Of a DNA stretch of 64,000 nt, positions 54,001 to 62,925 are shown in pieces. A program made the translations under genes and the position numbers. Numbering within the stretch: position 1 is the stretch's first letter; each line of letters opens with the position of its first letter. The DNA lies in the NCBI GenBank assembly GCA_965655095.1, contig OZ296656.1:32798001-32862000 (forward strand), in the 5' to 3' direction. This stretch comes from Haplodiscus bocki (taxonomy: Eukaryota). Below the pieces are notes generated by a model that worked only from the letters and a program-made list of their open reading frames with translations, searched no databases and was not told where the DNA came from.

Positions 54001-54703
54001 AAGTACCGTTTAATTCTTCAGTTTTGTAGAATGATATTTTCATTGAATTAATTTTATCAAATATCCAACCAGAATCCTTTGTTTCTTGTATCTGAATTTG
54101 ATGTTCTAATTGAGATCTAACGTCAATATTATCAATATCAGATTCAGTAAAATTATGATTAATTTTTAAGTTTATATATAATTCAATTTCATTATCTCGT
54201 TGATCTTCTTCATTAATTTTATAAAAGCTCGCTGAAAATAATGTGTGATATTTAAATTTATATTGATTTATTAATCGAGAATAAATAACAGATAATTCTT
54301 TTATGATTTTATTAATATATCTATACTCAACGCCAACGTCTGGATATTTACATGTAATAACCAAAATAGAATTTGCATGACTAATATTATGACTTTCTAA
54401 ATTAATTTTGAAACCATTTTTTAAATTTTCATCAATAAAATAATATGGGTTAATCATTATTTTAGCTAATTCTTTATCATCCAATTTAATTTTTTCTCTT
54501 GCTAATTGTTTCAATGTTTTAGGGTTATATACTTTTTATATCTTTTTCTTAATAGGTGTTTTTTCTTTCTTAAAAAACCATTCTGGTATAATCATTTCAT
54601 TTCGGTTTATATTTTCTAAATGTTTTTTGCTTCTCAAATGCTTTTGCATAGATGCTCTGTGTACATCAGCATTACAAATTTCACATGTGCGGCTGTTTTC
54701 CAT
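51040..54703 (-). pseudogene. polB: Protein-primed family B DNA polymerase (pPolB), ~1220 codons, disrupted at five sites
   Basis: Exo motifs IIADFEA, FHNFSNYD and L*CKSDV; polymerase motifs YIDATNLYG, KLLVNAAFGK and YIDTDG; KG motif. ATG at 54703. In-frame TAA at 54536, 53293, 52564 and 51640, plus a stop with frameshift in an A-run at ~53654. Joins listed ORFs 53654-54514, 53293-53574, 52564-53223, 51640-52473 and 51040-51624. Confidence 0.95.
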
Positions 54704-54772
54704 TTTGCGTCCTATTTATATAGTATTATTTTATTGAAATAAAAACACTTCAATTAAAAATATAATAAATAA

Positions 54773-55069
54773 ATGGAGAGTAAAATTTGCACTCAATGTA
54801 ATTTTGAAAAACATATCAACAACTTTTACAAAAAATATTCAGAATGCAAAGACTGTAACATCAAACGAGGTGTAAAACGTTACCATGATAATAAAAATAA
54901 AATATCAATGCAACAAAAAATATATTATGAAAAAAATAGAGATAAACTTTTACAGAAACAAAATGATTATAGCAAAAAAAGAAGCACAGATTATAAGGAA
55001 TTACAAAGATCCTATGGTGAATTACAAAATAAATTAAAAGCATTGGAAGAAAAATTAAAGAATGTATAA
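54773..55069 (+). CDS. 98-aa C4 zinc-finger plus basic coiled-coil protein
   Basis: CTQC-x15-CKDC followed by a Lys/Tyr-rich helical tail. TAAATG start, divergent from pPolB. Confidence 0.8.
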   Translation: MESKICTQCNFEKHINNFYKKYSECKDCNIKRGVKRYHDNKNKISMQQKIYYEKNRDKLLQKQNDYSKKRSTDYKELQRSYGELQNKLKALEEKLKNV

Positions 55070-55085
55070 GTACAATATTTTAATC

Positions 55086-55153
55086 AAAATTGTACTCAAA
55101 TTGTACTCATATACTTGTACTTATATTTAGTATACATACTTGTATAAGAGTAT
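55086..55153 (+). promoter_or_regulatory. Intergenic module upstream of the integrase; inverted copies at 61406-61532
   Basis: aaaattgtactcaaattgtactcatatac...ttagtatacatacttgtataagagtat matches the reverse complement of 61464-61532 and 61406-61459. All copies have the same orientation relative to the downstream gene. Confidence 0.6.
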
Positions 55154-55180
55154 GATGTTTTGTATGTTTACAAAATATAA

Positions 55181-56035
55181 ATGACTCAGAAAAACATTAA
55201 AATATTTATAAACGAAATTTATTCCAAACCACCAAAACGAAACTATGCTACAAATAAAACAGACGTTTATTATATCGATGACATTTGGAGTTTAGACATT
55301 TTAGACTTAAAAGACTATGGTCCTGAAAACAATAGAGGTTACAGATATGTTCTTGTCGTCATAGACAATTTTAGTAAATTTGGTTGGACAATACCCCTAA
55401 AAAATAAAAATGCTCAAACAATAAAAGACTCTTTCGAAAATATTTTGATAAGCTCAAAAAGAAAACCAAATTTAATCGAAACAGACCATGGCAAAGAATT
55501 CTACAACAATTTTTTTCAAGATTTCTTAAATAAAAACAATATCACACTTTGTTCTAGAAACAGTTCATATGGTGCTGTTTTTGCAGAAAGATTTAATCGT
55601 ACTATCAGAGACCTTCTTAAAAAGATCGTTTTCGAACGAGGTGATGCAAATTGGACTGATGTATTACCTACAATAACAAAACAATATAATAATCGAATAC
55701 ATTCATCAACAAAACTGTCTCCAGAAGATGCTTCTTTAAAAAAGAATGAAGGATTCGTTTACAAAAACTTATTAGATAAACGTGATAAACTCAAACCAAA
55801 GTTTCAAATAAACGATCTTGTTAGAGTTGCTGACTTAAAGAAAACGTTTTCAAAAAGATACAACAAATTGGTCTTATAAATTATATAAAATTACAGAAAT
55901 AATCAATGATTCAATACCAAGTTATAAAATAAAAATTTACCAGAAAGATACAACGAGTCGTTATTAAAAAAGATTAATTTAACAATGAAAGAAAATAATA
56001 GTGTTATGAAAAAATTAAGACTTGATATTGTATAA
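55181..56035 (+). pseudogene. int: Retroviral-type (rve, DDE) integrase with two frameshifts in the C-terminal part; catalytic core open (55181-55879)
   Basis: WSLD, VIDNFSKFGW, IETDHGKEF, AERFNRTI and YNNRIHSS. After FSK the expected DTTNWSYKLYKITE continues in another frame (~55855). LPERYNE...KKLRLDIV* returns to the original frame after ~55930 and ends at TAA 56033-56035. Confidence 0.93.
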
Positions 56036-56110
56036 TTTAAACACCCACTCATATAATTGTATGTATACCTTAATATAATTACTCGTATATTTGTATGTGT
56101 TATGAATACT

Positions 56111-57361
56111 TTAACTTAAATCAAACATTCGTTGTCCGTCGCTGCTTATAGAAATTAGTTTGTTTGTTAAAACCAAAGCATAACCGTATATGCTAGCAGG
56201 GACTACTCCATCAAATTTAAATTCAACTTTTATTGGCTGAGAACTTTCAAAATTTTTTTGATATCGGATATCGAAAGCGTATATATTATAACCAATATTA
56301 TCACCATTTTTAGACGATCTAAAATCATCATCAGATATGTATGGTTGAAGAAGGTTATCTTTTGTTAGAGCTTTAAAAGCTTCTTTAATCTGTCCATAAC
56401 CTTGTGAATAATCATCATCGTTATAATTTAATAGAATTCCACTATCAGGGTACTTTTCTGTTCCGATAATGCATTGAGCTGATGTTACTAGAGGTCTATA
56501 AAAAGTGTCGTTGTTCAAATTTTGATCGTTTTGTCTATCATTTTGTTGAAAAGCTACAAATATCCATATAGGTACGTTAATACCTTCCTGAGTACCTAAT
56601 TCGAAAGTCCAAAGATTTTGAGTATTTACCTCTTTCATGAAAACAGATCTTTCAGGATAATGAAGTAGTGTTGGAGAGTTTTTCTTAATTTGAGTCATTA
56701 GTTTGTTATATTCTTCAAGATTTGGACTATAATGAGGCACATACCAATCAAGACTATTAATTTTAACTCTACCATTAGCAACTGCATTATCTTTATTCAA
56801 AACGGCGTTGTCTGTATTTCTTGTCAAGGTTAATTTGTATCCGAGACCGTAAGTCCCTTTTTCTTGGTGTTCGGCAAATCCAAAAATATCTTTTAGATGA
56901 ATTCTAATATGATATTTGCCTTTGATAGTTTTATTATTAGTTAATTCATTTTTTCTTCTTCCTCTACTACGATCAAAGCAAATAGATAAGTCGTCACTGT
57001 CTTTACTCGATGTTAAAAGTTTGTACATTAAACTAACAATATGAGCATGACTGATCTCTTCTAGGTGTTTGCCTGATGATGTTGTTAGCTTGTAATTAGA
57101 GAATGAAGCTATTGGACCCAAATTAACTAATCTAATATCATTAGCATCTACGTATCTGTTACTATTATCAGCTCGTAATACGTCAAAATTTATTTCAATA
57201 TAACTATTTAACAAAGAAATAACAGAATCTTTTCTTGGTATATTAATATATATTTGAGAATTAGCAGTGTTTATTGTAGATATTTCAGCTGGACTGTATC
57301 GTATATAATCACATTTCAGAATCCTTCTATCGACTTCATAATTTTCACTGAGTTTAAACAT
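56111..57361 (-). CDS. Major capsid protein (double jelly roll, Polinton PY type), 416 aa, uninterrupted
   Basis: Size, beta-strand-rich pattern, N-terminal YxPxx...IxIxI..D...L.SYIEI, VPHY linker, PIWIFVAFQ, KYP and IYAFDIRYQ...IKVEFKF resemble Polinton MCPs. Genomic context fits. Confidence 0.85.
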   Translation of the reverse strand: MFKLSENYEVDRRILKCDYIRYSPAEISTINTANSQIYINIPRKDSVISLLNSYIEINFDVLRADNSNRYVDANDIRLVNLGPIASFSNYKLTTSSGKHLEEISHAHIVSLMYKLLTSSKDSDDLSICFDRSRGRRKNELTNNKTIKGKYHIRIHLKDIFGFAEHQEKGTYGLGYKLTLTRNTDNAVLNKDNAVANGRVKINSLDWYVPHYSPNLEEYNKLMTQIKKNSPTLLHYPERSVFMKEVNTQNLWTFELGTQEGINVPIWIFVAFQQNDRQNDQNLNNDTFYRPLVTSAQCIIGTEKYPDSGILLNYNDDDYSQGYGQIKEAFKALTKDNLLQPYISDDDFRSSKNGDNIGYNIYAFDIRYQKNFESSQPIKVEFKFDGVVPASIYGYALVLTNKLISISSDGQRMFDLS

Positions 57362-57498
57362 TTATATATAAAAAAAATGTATACATACAATTATTTGAGT
57401 AATTATAGTTGACTATATGTACAATTATATTCTCATTTTATGTTACATACTATTATACTTGTACATATACTTATGTATGCTTACAATTATATGAGTAC

Positions 57499-58333
57499 TT
57501 ATAATAGATTACATTTAATTAAAATTTGCTTATGTTGTTTCTTAGATATACATTTATATTCTAATAATTTATCAATTATAGCAACAATTTCTTCATCAAT
57601 TAAATAAGATTTATTACCAGCATGTTTTTCTTGTAATAATAATTTCAACCTATCACACAATTCATTTGAATCAGATGATAGAAATATTGTTTTTGAAACA
57701 CCTGAAGCCATGATCAAGTAATCTAATCAATGAATTGTGTCTGACACTAGGTCTACCAGTACTTTTGGTATCATAGTTCATTTCTTTTGCAAATTCATAA
57801 ATTATTTTTCGATCTTGTTGATTAGGATGATCTACATTGAATTTATAATTTGTTATTACTTTCAAAAGATCTCCTTCTAGTTTAAAAGTTTTTTTACTAT
57901 CTCGAAAAGTTATCATATTACTAAATAAAGTAACTGGTATAGTTCCATGAATTAAAAAATCATTCAATTTAGTTGAATTAGGATCTTTTCTTAGTCTAAA
58001 TTGACTTTTGTTATCTTTTTTAAATACTTCAACAAGAGAAGTAGTTAGATAAGGGGCTATAATACCTTTATCATTCAATAATTCTAAAATTTTTTCGTTT
58101 AAATTCTCAATTGCTTTGTTGTTATTAATAGAATGTTCTGTAATAGTTTTTGTTATTTTTTCAGAAGTATTTTTCATTTCATCAGTCATTGTTTTAAAAA
58201 ATTTTTTTATATCTTCATGATAATTCTGTTCACCAAGCTTGTTTTGTAATCTAACTTCTTGTACTTGTTTTTGTAACGAGATTGCCTCATTTAATTTCTC
58301 TAAATCTTCTATATTTTTAATTGAATACAACAT
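57499..58333 (-). pseudogene. Conserved Polinton protein (~280 aa, coiled-coil N-terminus, C-terminal NELxxRLxLL..AGN motif) split by one frameshift
   Basis: ORF 57671-58333 and ORF 57499-57717 overlap at ~57712 (RLLD / IMASGV). SDSNELCDRLKLLLQEKHAGN resembles the DPNELxxRLxLL..AGN motif seen in many animal Polintons. Only the upstream ORF has a TAAATG start. Confidence 0.7.
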
Positions 58334-58414
58334 TTATTTTATTAAAAAAGTTATTCTTGTATACTTACACATATTCAAATATGAATATCATATTTACAAT
58401 TTGATAAGATTAAA

Positions 58415-58496
58415 TAATTGTATCACTTTTTAAGAATATGTAATTGAATCTAGAACCAGATGGTTTTATACGTATTTTTAAAAAGTGATACAATTA
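58415..58496. promoter_or_regulatory. 28-bp inverted repeat in the divergent intergenic region
   Basis: taattgtatcactttttaagaatatgta (58415-58442) and tacgtatttttaaaaagtgatacaatta (58469-58496), 2 mismatches. Confidence 0.65.
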
Positions 58497-58508
58497 TATA
58501 TACTATAA

Positions 58509-59240
58509 ATGAGTTCTATAATTAAAAAACTTAATACAAATTGTGTGTCGTGTAATGTTCTGTTAAACGATAAAAATTTGGTTAAAAATAGAAAAAAATG
58601 TAATAAATGTCTCAATAATATTAGGAATAAAAATAAAAAACCAATTATTAAACACGTATATGAAAACAATACTATGATAAAAACCGATAGAACGCTTATA
58701 ATCGGTAGATCAGGTTGTGGAAAGACATTTCTGATGTTATCACTATTAAAAGATAAGAATCCAGATGATGTTTATATAATCTGTAAAACAGACAATCAAT
58801 ATCCTTCAAATTTTCACAATCAATCTAGAGAGATATTACCCTTAGAAGATTATGGTAATAAAACTATTGTCTTTGATGATATGTTAGGATCGAAAGAAGC
58901 AAAAGATATTGATGCTTTTTTTACTCGTGGCCGTCATCAACACCTCAATATTTTTTATATCTCTCAATCATGGTATGAATTACCTAAAAACACTATTCGA
59001 AATAATTGTAGTAGAATTATGTTGTTTCCACAAACATTAAAGGATATAACTATGATTTGCAACGATATTTCAGGTTTACATATGAATTTTTCAGAATGGC
59101 GTGTTTTTTGTCGAGATGCATGGAAGAAAAAATATAATTATATTCAAATAGATAAAGATAAAGATCTAGATGATATGTATAGCATTAAAAACGTATCAGG
59201 TTTAGAGATTATAGCTATTCCAGAGACAGATGCTTTTTGA
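58509..59240 (+). CDS. A32/FtsK-HerA family DNA packaging ATPase with an N-terminal C4 zinc finger, 243 aa
   Basis: Walker A GRSGCGKT, Walker B IVFDD, TRGRH arginine motif, ISQ, IRNN. N-terminal CVSC-x15-CNKC. Confidence 0.93.
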   Translation: MSSIIKKLNTNCVSCNVLLNDKNLVKNRKKCNKCLNNIRNKNKKPIIKHVYENNTMIKTDRTLIIGRSGCGKTFLMLSLLKDKNPDDVYIICKTDNQYPSNFHNQSREILPLEDYGNKTIVFDDMLGSKEAKDIDAFFTRGRHQHLNIFYISQSWYELPKNTIRNNCSRIMLFPQTLKDITMICNDISGLHMNFSEWRVFCRDAWKKKYNYIQIDKDKDLDDMYSIKNVSGLEIIAIPETDAF

Positions 59241-59313
59241 AAAAACTATGTTCTAGGTTGAAATTTTAATTTATTATGACTAAAAAAGATTAATTTTATT
59301 TTTAAATTCATGT

Positions 59314-59847
59314 TTATAAAAAAGATTCATTTTTGTTTTCATTAACATATTTAGTAAAAATATTACATAGACTTTCATATTCGGTTTTATCAATTACATT
59401 ATCTTGTAATGATTTTCTGTATAATTTATCAAAAGATTTAATAGTATTTTGATCTCTTTCATATTGTTTTTTATATTTATTGTATTTGTTTATGATTAAT
59501 TTGTGTAATATTTTGTTACCTAATGATAGGCCGCAAGCAATTCCAGCTGATATAGGCAAAACAATTAAACCAATACCAGTAACCGATAGAGTTATCGAAG
59601 TTGATGTTGCTCCGATGATAACGACGCTGTCTACCGATTCTAAAACTGCATTCAAAGTTTTATAATTTTTGTATTTCTTTTTTGATTTATGGTTTTTGTC
59701 TTTGAAATATGTTATCATTTCTTTAATGTTATTGATGTGGTTATTAAAACTGTTAACATCGTTTATTTTCTTTTCTAATCGTTTTTCTAAATCAATATTT
59801 TCTAATAATGGTGCACTGGGATACAATCTTTCGGTTTTTGTTTCCAT
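59314..59847 (-). CDS. 177-aa putative membrane-active protein (hydrophobic hairpin between basic coiled coils; similar in plan to adintovirus GasderminX-type proteins)
   Basis: Uncharged Gly-rich stretch VVIIGATSTSITLSVTGIGLIVLPISAGIACGLSLG, flanking KKKYK helices, C-terminal LQDNVIDKTEY, N-terminal LYPSAPL. Confidence 0.7.
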   Translation of the reverse strand: METKTERLYPSAPLLENIDLEKRLEKKINDVNSFNNHINNIKEMITYFKDKNHKSKKKYKNYKTLNAVLESVDSVVIIGATSTSITLSVTGIGLIVLPISAGIACGLSLGNKILHKLIINKYNKYKKQYERDQNTIKSFDKLYRKSLQDNVIDKTEYESLCNIFTKYVNENKNESFL

Positions 59848-59861
59848 TTATATAGTATAAT

Positions 59862-60260
59862 TTATACAAATTTACCGAGGTATAAACCTTTACCTGTATT
59901 GTAAAACGTTATCAATTCTGGTAACGTTGATAAAGCCTGTTTGGAATTTCGAGAAGCAGCTGCTGTAGCTATTTTTGCTGTTAAATCTAGAGCTCGTCCA
60001 GGATTACTTAATACGTTTCTTGCCATCTTTTTTGACACATTTAATCCTTTTTTACTAAGATTTTTGAAAAAGTCGCCAAGGCCTTCCGCTTTTATTGTAT
60101 CATCAGAAACTGTCATAGATTTTTTGCGGTTACAAATTGAACAAACGCCAATTAATACTTTGCTGCCTTTACTTGTTATACTACCATAAATTTTTACTGT
60201 TGCAGATCGATGCCTGCCTCCAACACAGTAACTGTCTGTTTTAAATTTATTGAATGTCAT
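59862..60260 (-). CDS. 132-aa basic virion core/entry protein candidate (Zn-ribbon-like N-terminus, amphipathic helix, GKGLYL tail)
   Basis: YCVGGRH...CSIC; IKAE-GLGDFFKNLSKKGLNVSKKMARNVL amphipathic pattern; TGKGLYL. TAAATG start. Confidence 0.7.
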   Translation of the reverse strand: MTFNKFKTDSYCVGGRHRSATVKIYGSITSKGSKVLIGVCSICNRKKSMTVSDDTIKAEGLGDFFKNLSKKGLNVSKKMARNVLSNPGRALDLTAKIATAAASRNSKQALSTLPELITFYNTGKGLYLGKFV

Positions 60261-60295
60261 TTAATATACAAAAAAGTGTGTGTAAACATGTTATA

Positions 60296-61390
60296 TTAAA
60301 TTTTAATCATCTGTAAAGTAAAAGTCAACGTTTCGTGATTAAAATCAACTTCTTCATTATTTTCATCTTCTAGATAAAATGTTATAGTATTCAAAACAGA
60401 TTTGTTTATTTTTTTATAATGAATCGTTTCAGGTTCTGAAAATACTTTGTAACCAGGTTTTTTATCTAATACAAAACTATATAATATTGATTGTCTCAAA
60501 CCATTGACTACTGAACCATCGATAACATCACATTTCAAGTGTATTTTATTAGTGTTACTTAGGTTTACAATTTTTTGACTAATATACTTATTATAGTGTT
60601 TGTAATCCCAACCTGGGGTAAAACCTAAGATAGTACTAAAGAACGATTTTTCATCAAATCTTACGGCTAAAATTCCAGATTGTACAACCAATTTAGTTTT
60701 CATGTTAATATCATCATATTCAATAACAATAACATTGCAATCACCTGGACAATCTGATTGGAGAATGCTAAAAAGAGCTTCGGAAATATCTTTAAAACTA
60801 TAAATGCCTGGATCTAATTCATAAGTAATAAAACTTGAATTGTATTCATCTAAAACCAATTTAATATCATCTTCAACCAGATCAACTTCTGTTCTGAGAA
60901 AACTTTCGAAATCTTGAAACACAGAACTTGTATATCTCGCTAAAATATCCATATATCCATCATCATTCATTCTTTTTGTTACTTGTTCATTATATTCTTT
61001 AATAATAATCGGAGCTATTATTTCATCTTGTAAATCTTCCACAGTAATATCTTCAAGATCCAAGTCTCTTTCAATCTCATCTCTGACTTTTGTATATGAA
61101 ATACCACCAGCTTTTTCATCAGGAAATTTGTAAAGTTCGAATTTGTTATTTTCTTCGGTTATATTATAAATAGAATTGTATACTACTAAGTCTACTAAAC
61201 CGATCATCCAATCTCCTTTGATTTGAATTGGTGGTTTGAAATGGAATGATTCTCTTGATTTATTCATTTTGAATTCCAAGGTCTCATCTGCTTTTCTGTG
61301 AGTCTGTTCAATTAGTGTTTCACAATTTTTAGTTATTGAAAGTAATAAATCTTCTGTTTGAGTTTTAGGTCTGATCATATTTAAATTCAT
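60296..61390 (-). CDS. Minor capsid protein (penton, Polinton PX type), paralog 1, 364 aa
   Basis: FKPPI..W.IGL, NITEENNKF, PGIY, TILGF, KIHLKCD.IDGS.VNG, ILYSF, PGYK, YKKINK and VDFNHET.TFTL: single jelly-roll penton pattern. Confidence 0.85.
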   Translation of the reverse strand: MNLNMIRPKTQTEDLLLSITKNCETLIEQTHRKADETLEFKMNKSRESFHFKPPIQIKGDWMIGLVDLVVYNSIYNITEENNKFELYKFPDEKAGGISYTKVRDEIERDLDLEDITVEDLQDEIIAPIIIKEYNEQVTKRMNDDGYMDILARYTSSVFQDFESFLRTEVDLVEDDIKLVLDEYNSSFITYELDPGIYSFKDISEALFSILQSDCPGDCNVIVIEYDDINMKTKLVVQSGILAVRFDEKSFFSTILGFTPGWDYKHYNKYISQKIVNLSNTNKIHLKCDVIDGSVVNGLRQSILYSFVLDKKPGYKVFSEPETIHYKKINKSVLNTITFYLEDENNEEVDFNHETLTFTLQMIKI

Positions 61391-61405
61391 TCAAAACTTA
61401 CAAAA

Positions 61406-61532
61406 ATACTCTTATACAAGTTTGTATACTAAATATAATTACACGTATAAGAGTACAATAAAGATACTCTTATACAAGTATGTATACTAATTATAAACAC
61501 ACGTATATGTGTACAATTTTGAGTACAATTTT
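61406..61532 (-). promoter_or_regulatory. Two tandem copies of the intergenic module between the pentons
   Basis: atactcttatacaagt(t/a)tgtatactaa at 61406 and 61464. Reverse complement of 55086-55153. Confidence 0.6.
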
Positions 61533-62602
61533 TATATTTTAATTAACTGACAGGTGAATGATATTGTTTCATTATGAAAATCTACTGGTTTGTAATCATC
61601 ATCTTCAAAATAAAATGTTGAATGAGACAAAACAGATTTATTTATTTTTTTAAAAAGTTTAATTCTGGGTTCATTATATATCCTATGACCAGGAGGTGAA
61701 CTTAAAGCAAAACTATATAAAATAGGTTCTCTTATACCGTTAACGATAGATCCTTGTATACAACCACATTTCAAATGAATTTTATCGATTCCTGTAATGT
61801 TAATTGGCTTATCGCTTTTGTATGATCCTGCTATAATTTGATAATGACTATCTATATCATCTAGTGGATAAGATCGTGATTGTGTAAAACCTAAAATTGT
61901 ATAAAAGAAAGATCTTTCAGTAAATATTAAAGTTTGATTAATTTTTAAATTTGATTTTAATCTAATATCCTCTATTGTAATGTTTACTTTTACATTATTG
62001 GGTAAAATATGTTTTAAAGTATTATTTAAATCGACAACTTCATAAATACCTGGATTCAAACTATAACCTGTTCTTTTTGTAGGAATATATTTCAAGTCTA
62101 ATATATCCATAATTTCATAATAAGATAATCTCATTCTGTAAACTAAATCTTCAAGATCATTGTATTTAGCATTTTTTAATTCTTGAACTATCTCATATTT
62201 TTGATTATCAAAATCTGATAATTTATATTCATTGTCACCTATTTTTATTTTATTTCCTCTTTTTTTAACTTCTTCTACATGTAATTCAAGAGATTTGAGC
62301 TCTAATATTTTATTTAGATCGTTAATAGTTTTTTCATCAGATTTGTTTTGGTAATGACCTCGTATAATAATTGAAAAACTATTGTTTTCGTTGGTGATGT
62401 TAAAGACTGAATTTGTACATTCGAATGAACTCACAGCTAGTAACCATTTACCTTCTTCAACTAAATTTATTGGAGGATTGAATGAAAACGTTTGCATTTG
62501 CTTATTCATTTTAAATTCCAAAGTCTCTTGTGGTTTCGTTTTTGTTTGTTCAATCAGAGTATCAGTATGTTTTTTAATCAAAAGTAACAGTTCATTATTC
62601 AT
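61532..62602 (-). CDS. Minor capsid protein (penton), paralog 2, 356 aa
   Basis: Colinear with paralog 1: TLIEQT..ETLEFKMNK, FNPPI, NITNENNSF, PGIY, TILGFT, KIHLKC, ILYSF, KKINKSVL, VDF.NET, Q.IKI end. Confidence 0.85.
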   Translation of the reverse strand: MNNELLLLIKKHTDTLIEQTKTKPQETLEFKMNKQMQTFSFNPPINLVEEGKWLLAVSSFECTNSVFNITNENNSFSIIIRGHYQNKSDEKTINDLNKILELKSLELHVEEVKKRGNKIKIGDNEYKLSDFDNQKYEIVQELKNAKYNDLEDLVYRMRLSYYEIMDILDLKYIPTKRTGYSLNPGIYEVVDLNNTLKHILPNNVKVNITIEDIRLKSNLKINQTLIFTERSFFYTILGFTQSRSYPLDDIDSHYQIIAGSYKSDKPINITGIDKIHLKCGCIQGSIVNGIREPILYSFALSSPPGHRIYNEPRIKLFKKINKSVLSHSTFYFEDDDYKPVDFHNETISFTCQLIKI

Positions 62603-62925
62603 TTATAATATCAACATTGTATAATTACACGTATTCAAATATAAATATTCTTATACTTGTATGAATAAGTTAACTTATTTGTAATCGCGAGTGATCAACT
62701 TAGTATAAGTACACCTATTCATATAGGAATAATAAAGTAATTATAAGTACACATATAATTGTAAGTATATCCCTAGTATAAGTACAAATATATTTGTATC
62801 AAGTACTTTTAAATAATATTAATTATTGTTTATTTACACTTATTGAAATATGAATAACCCTATAATTATAAATATACTTGTATGAATAATTTAACAAACT
62901 TTATATATTCTTATACATGTACATA

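Noticed and set aside
51040-54703. TAA reassigned to Tyr (or read-through), making pPolB intact
   Set aside because: Three stops align with expected Tyr, but two others do not and one site also needs a frameshift. Neighbouring genes (MCP, pentons, 177-aa and 132-aa ORFs) end normally in TAA. Ordinary decay is simpler.
57499-57717. 72-aa ORF as an independent gene
   Set aside because: It has a TTG start without the TAAATG context and overlaps the aberrant tail of 57671-58333. It is better read as the frameshifted C-terminus of that gene.
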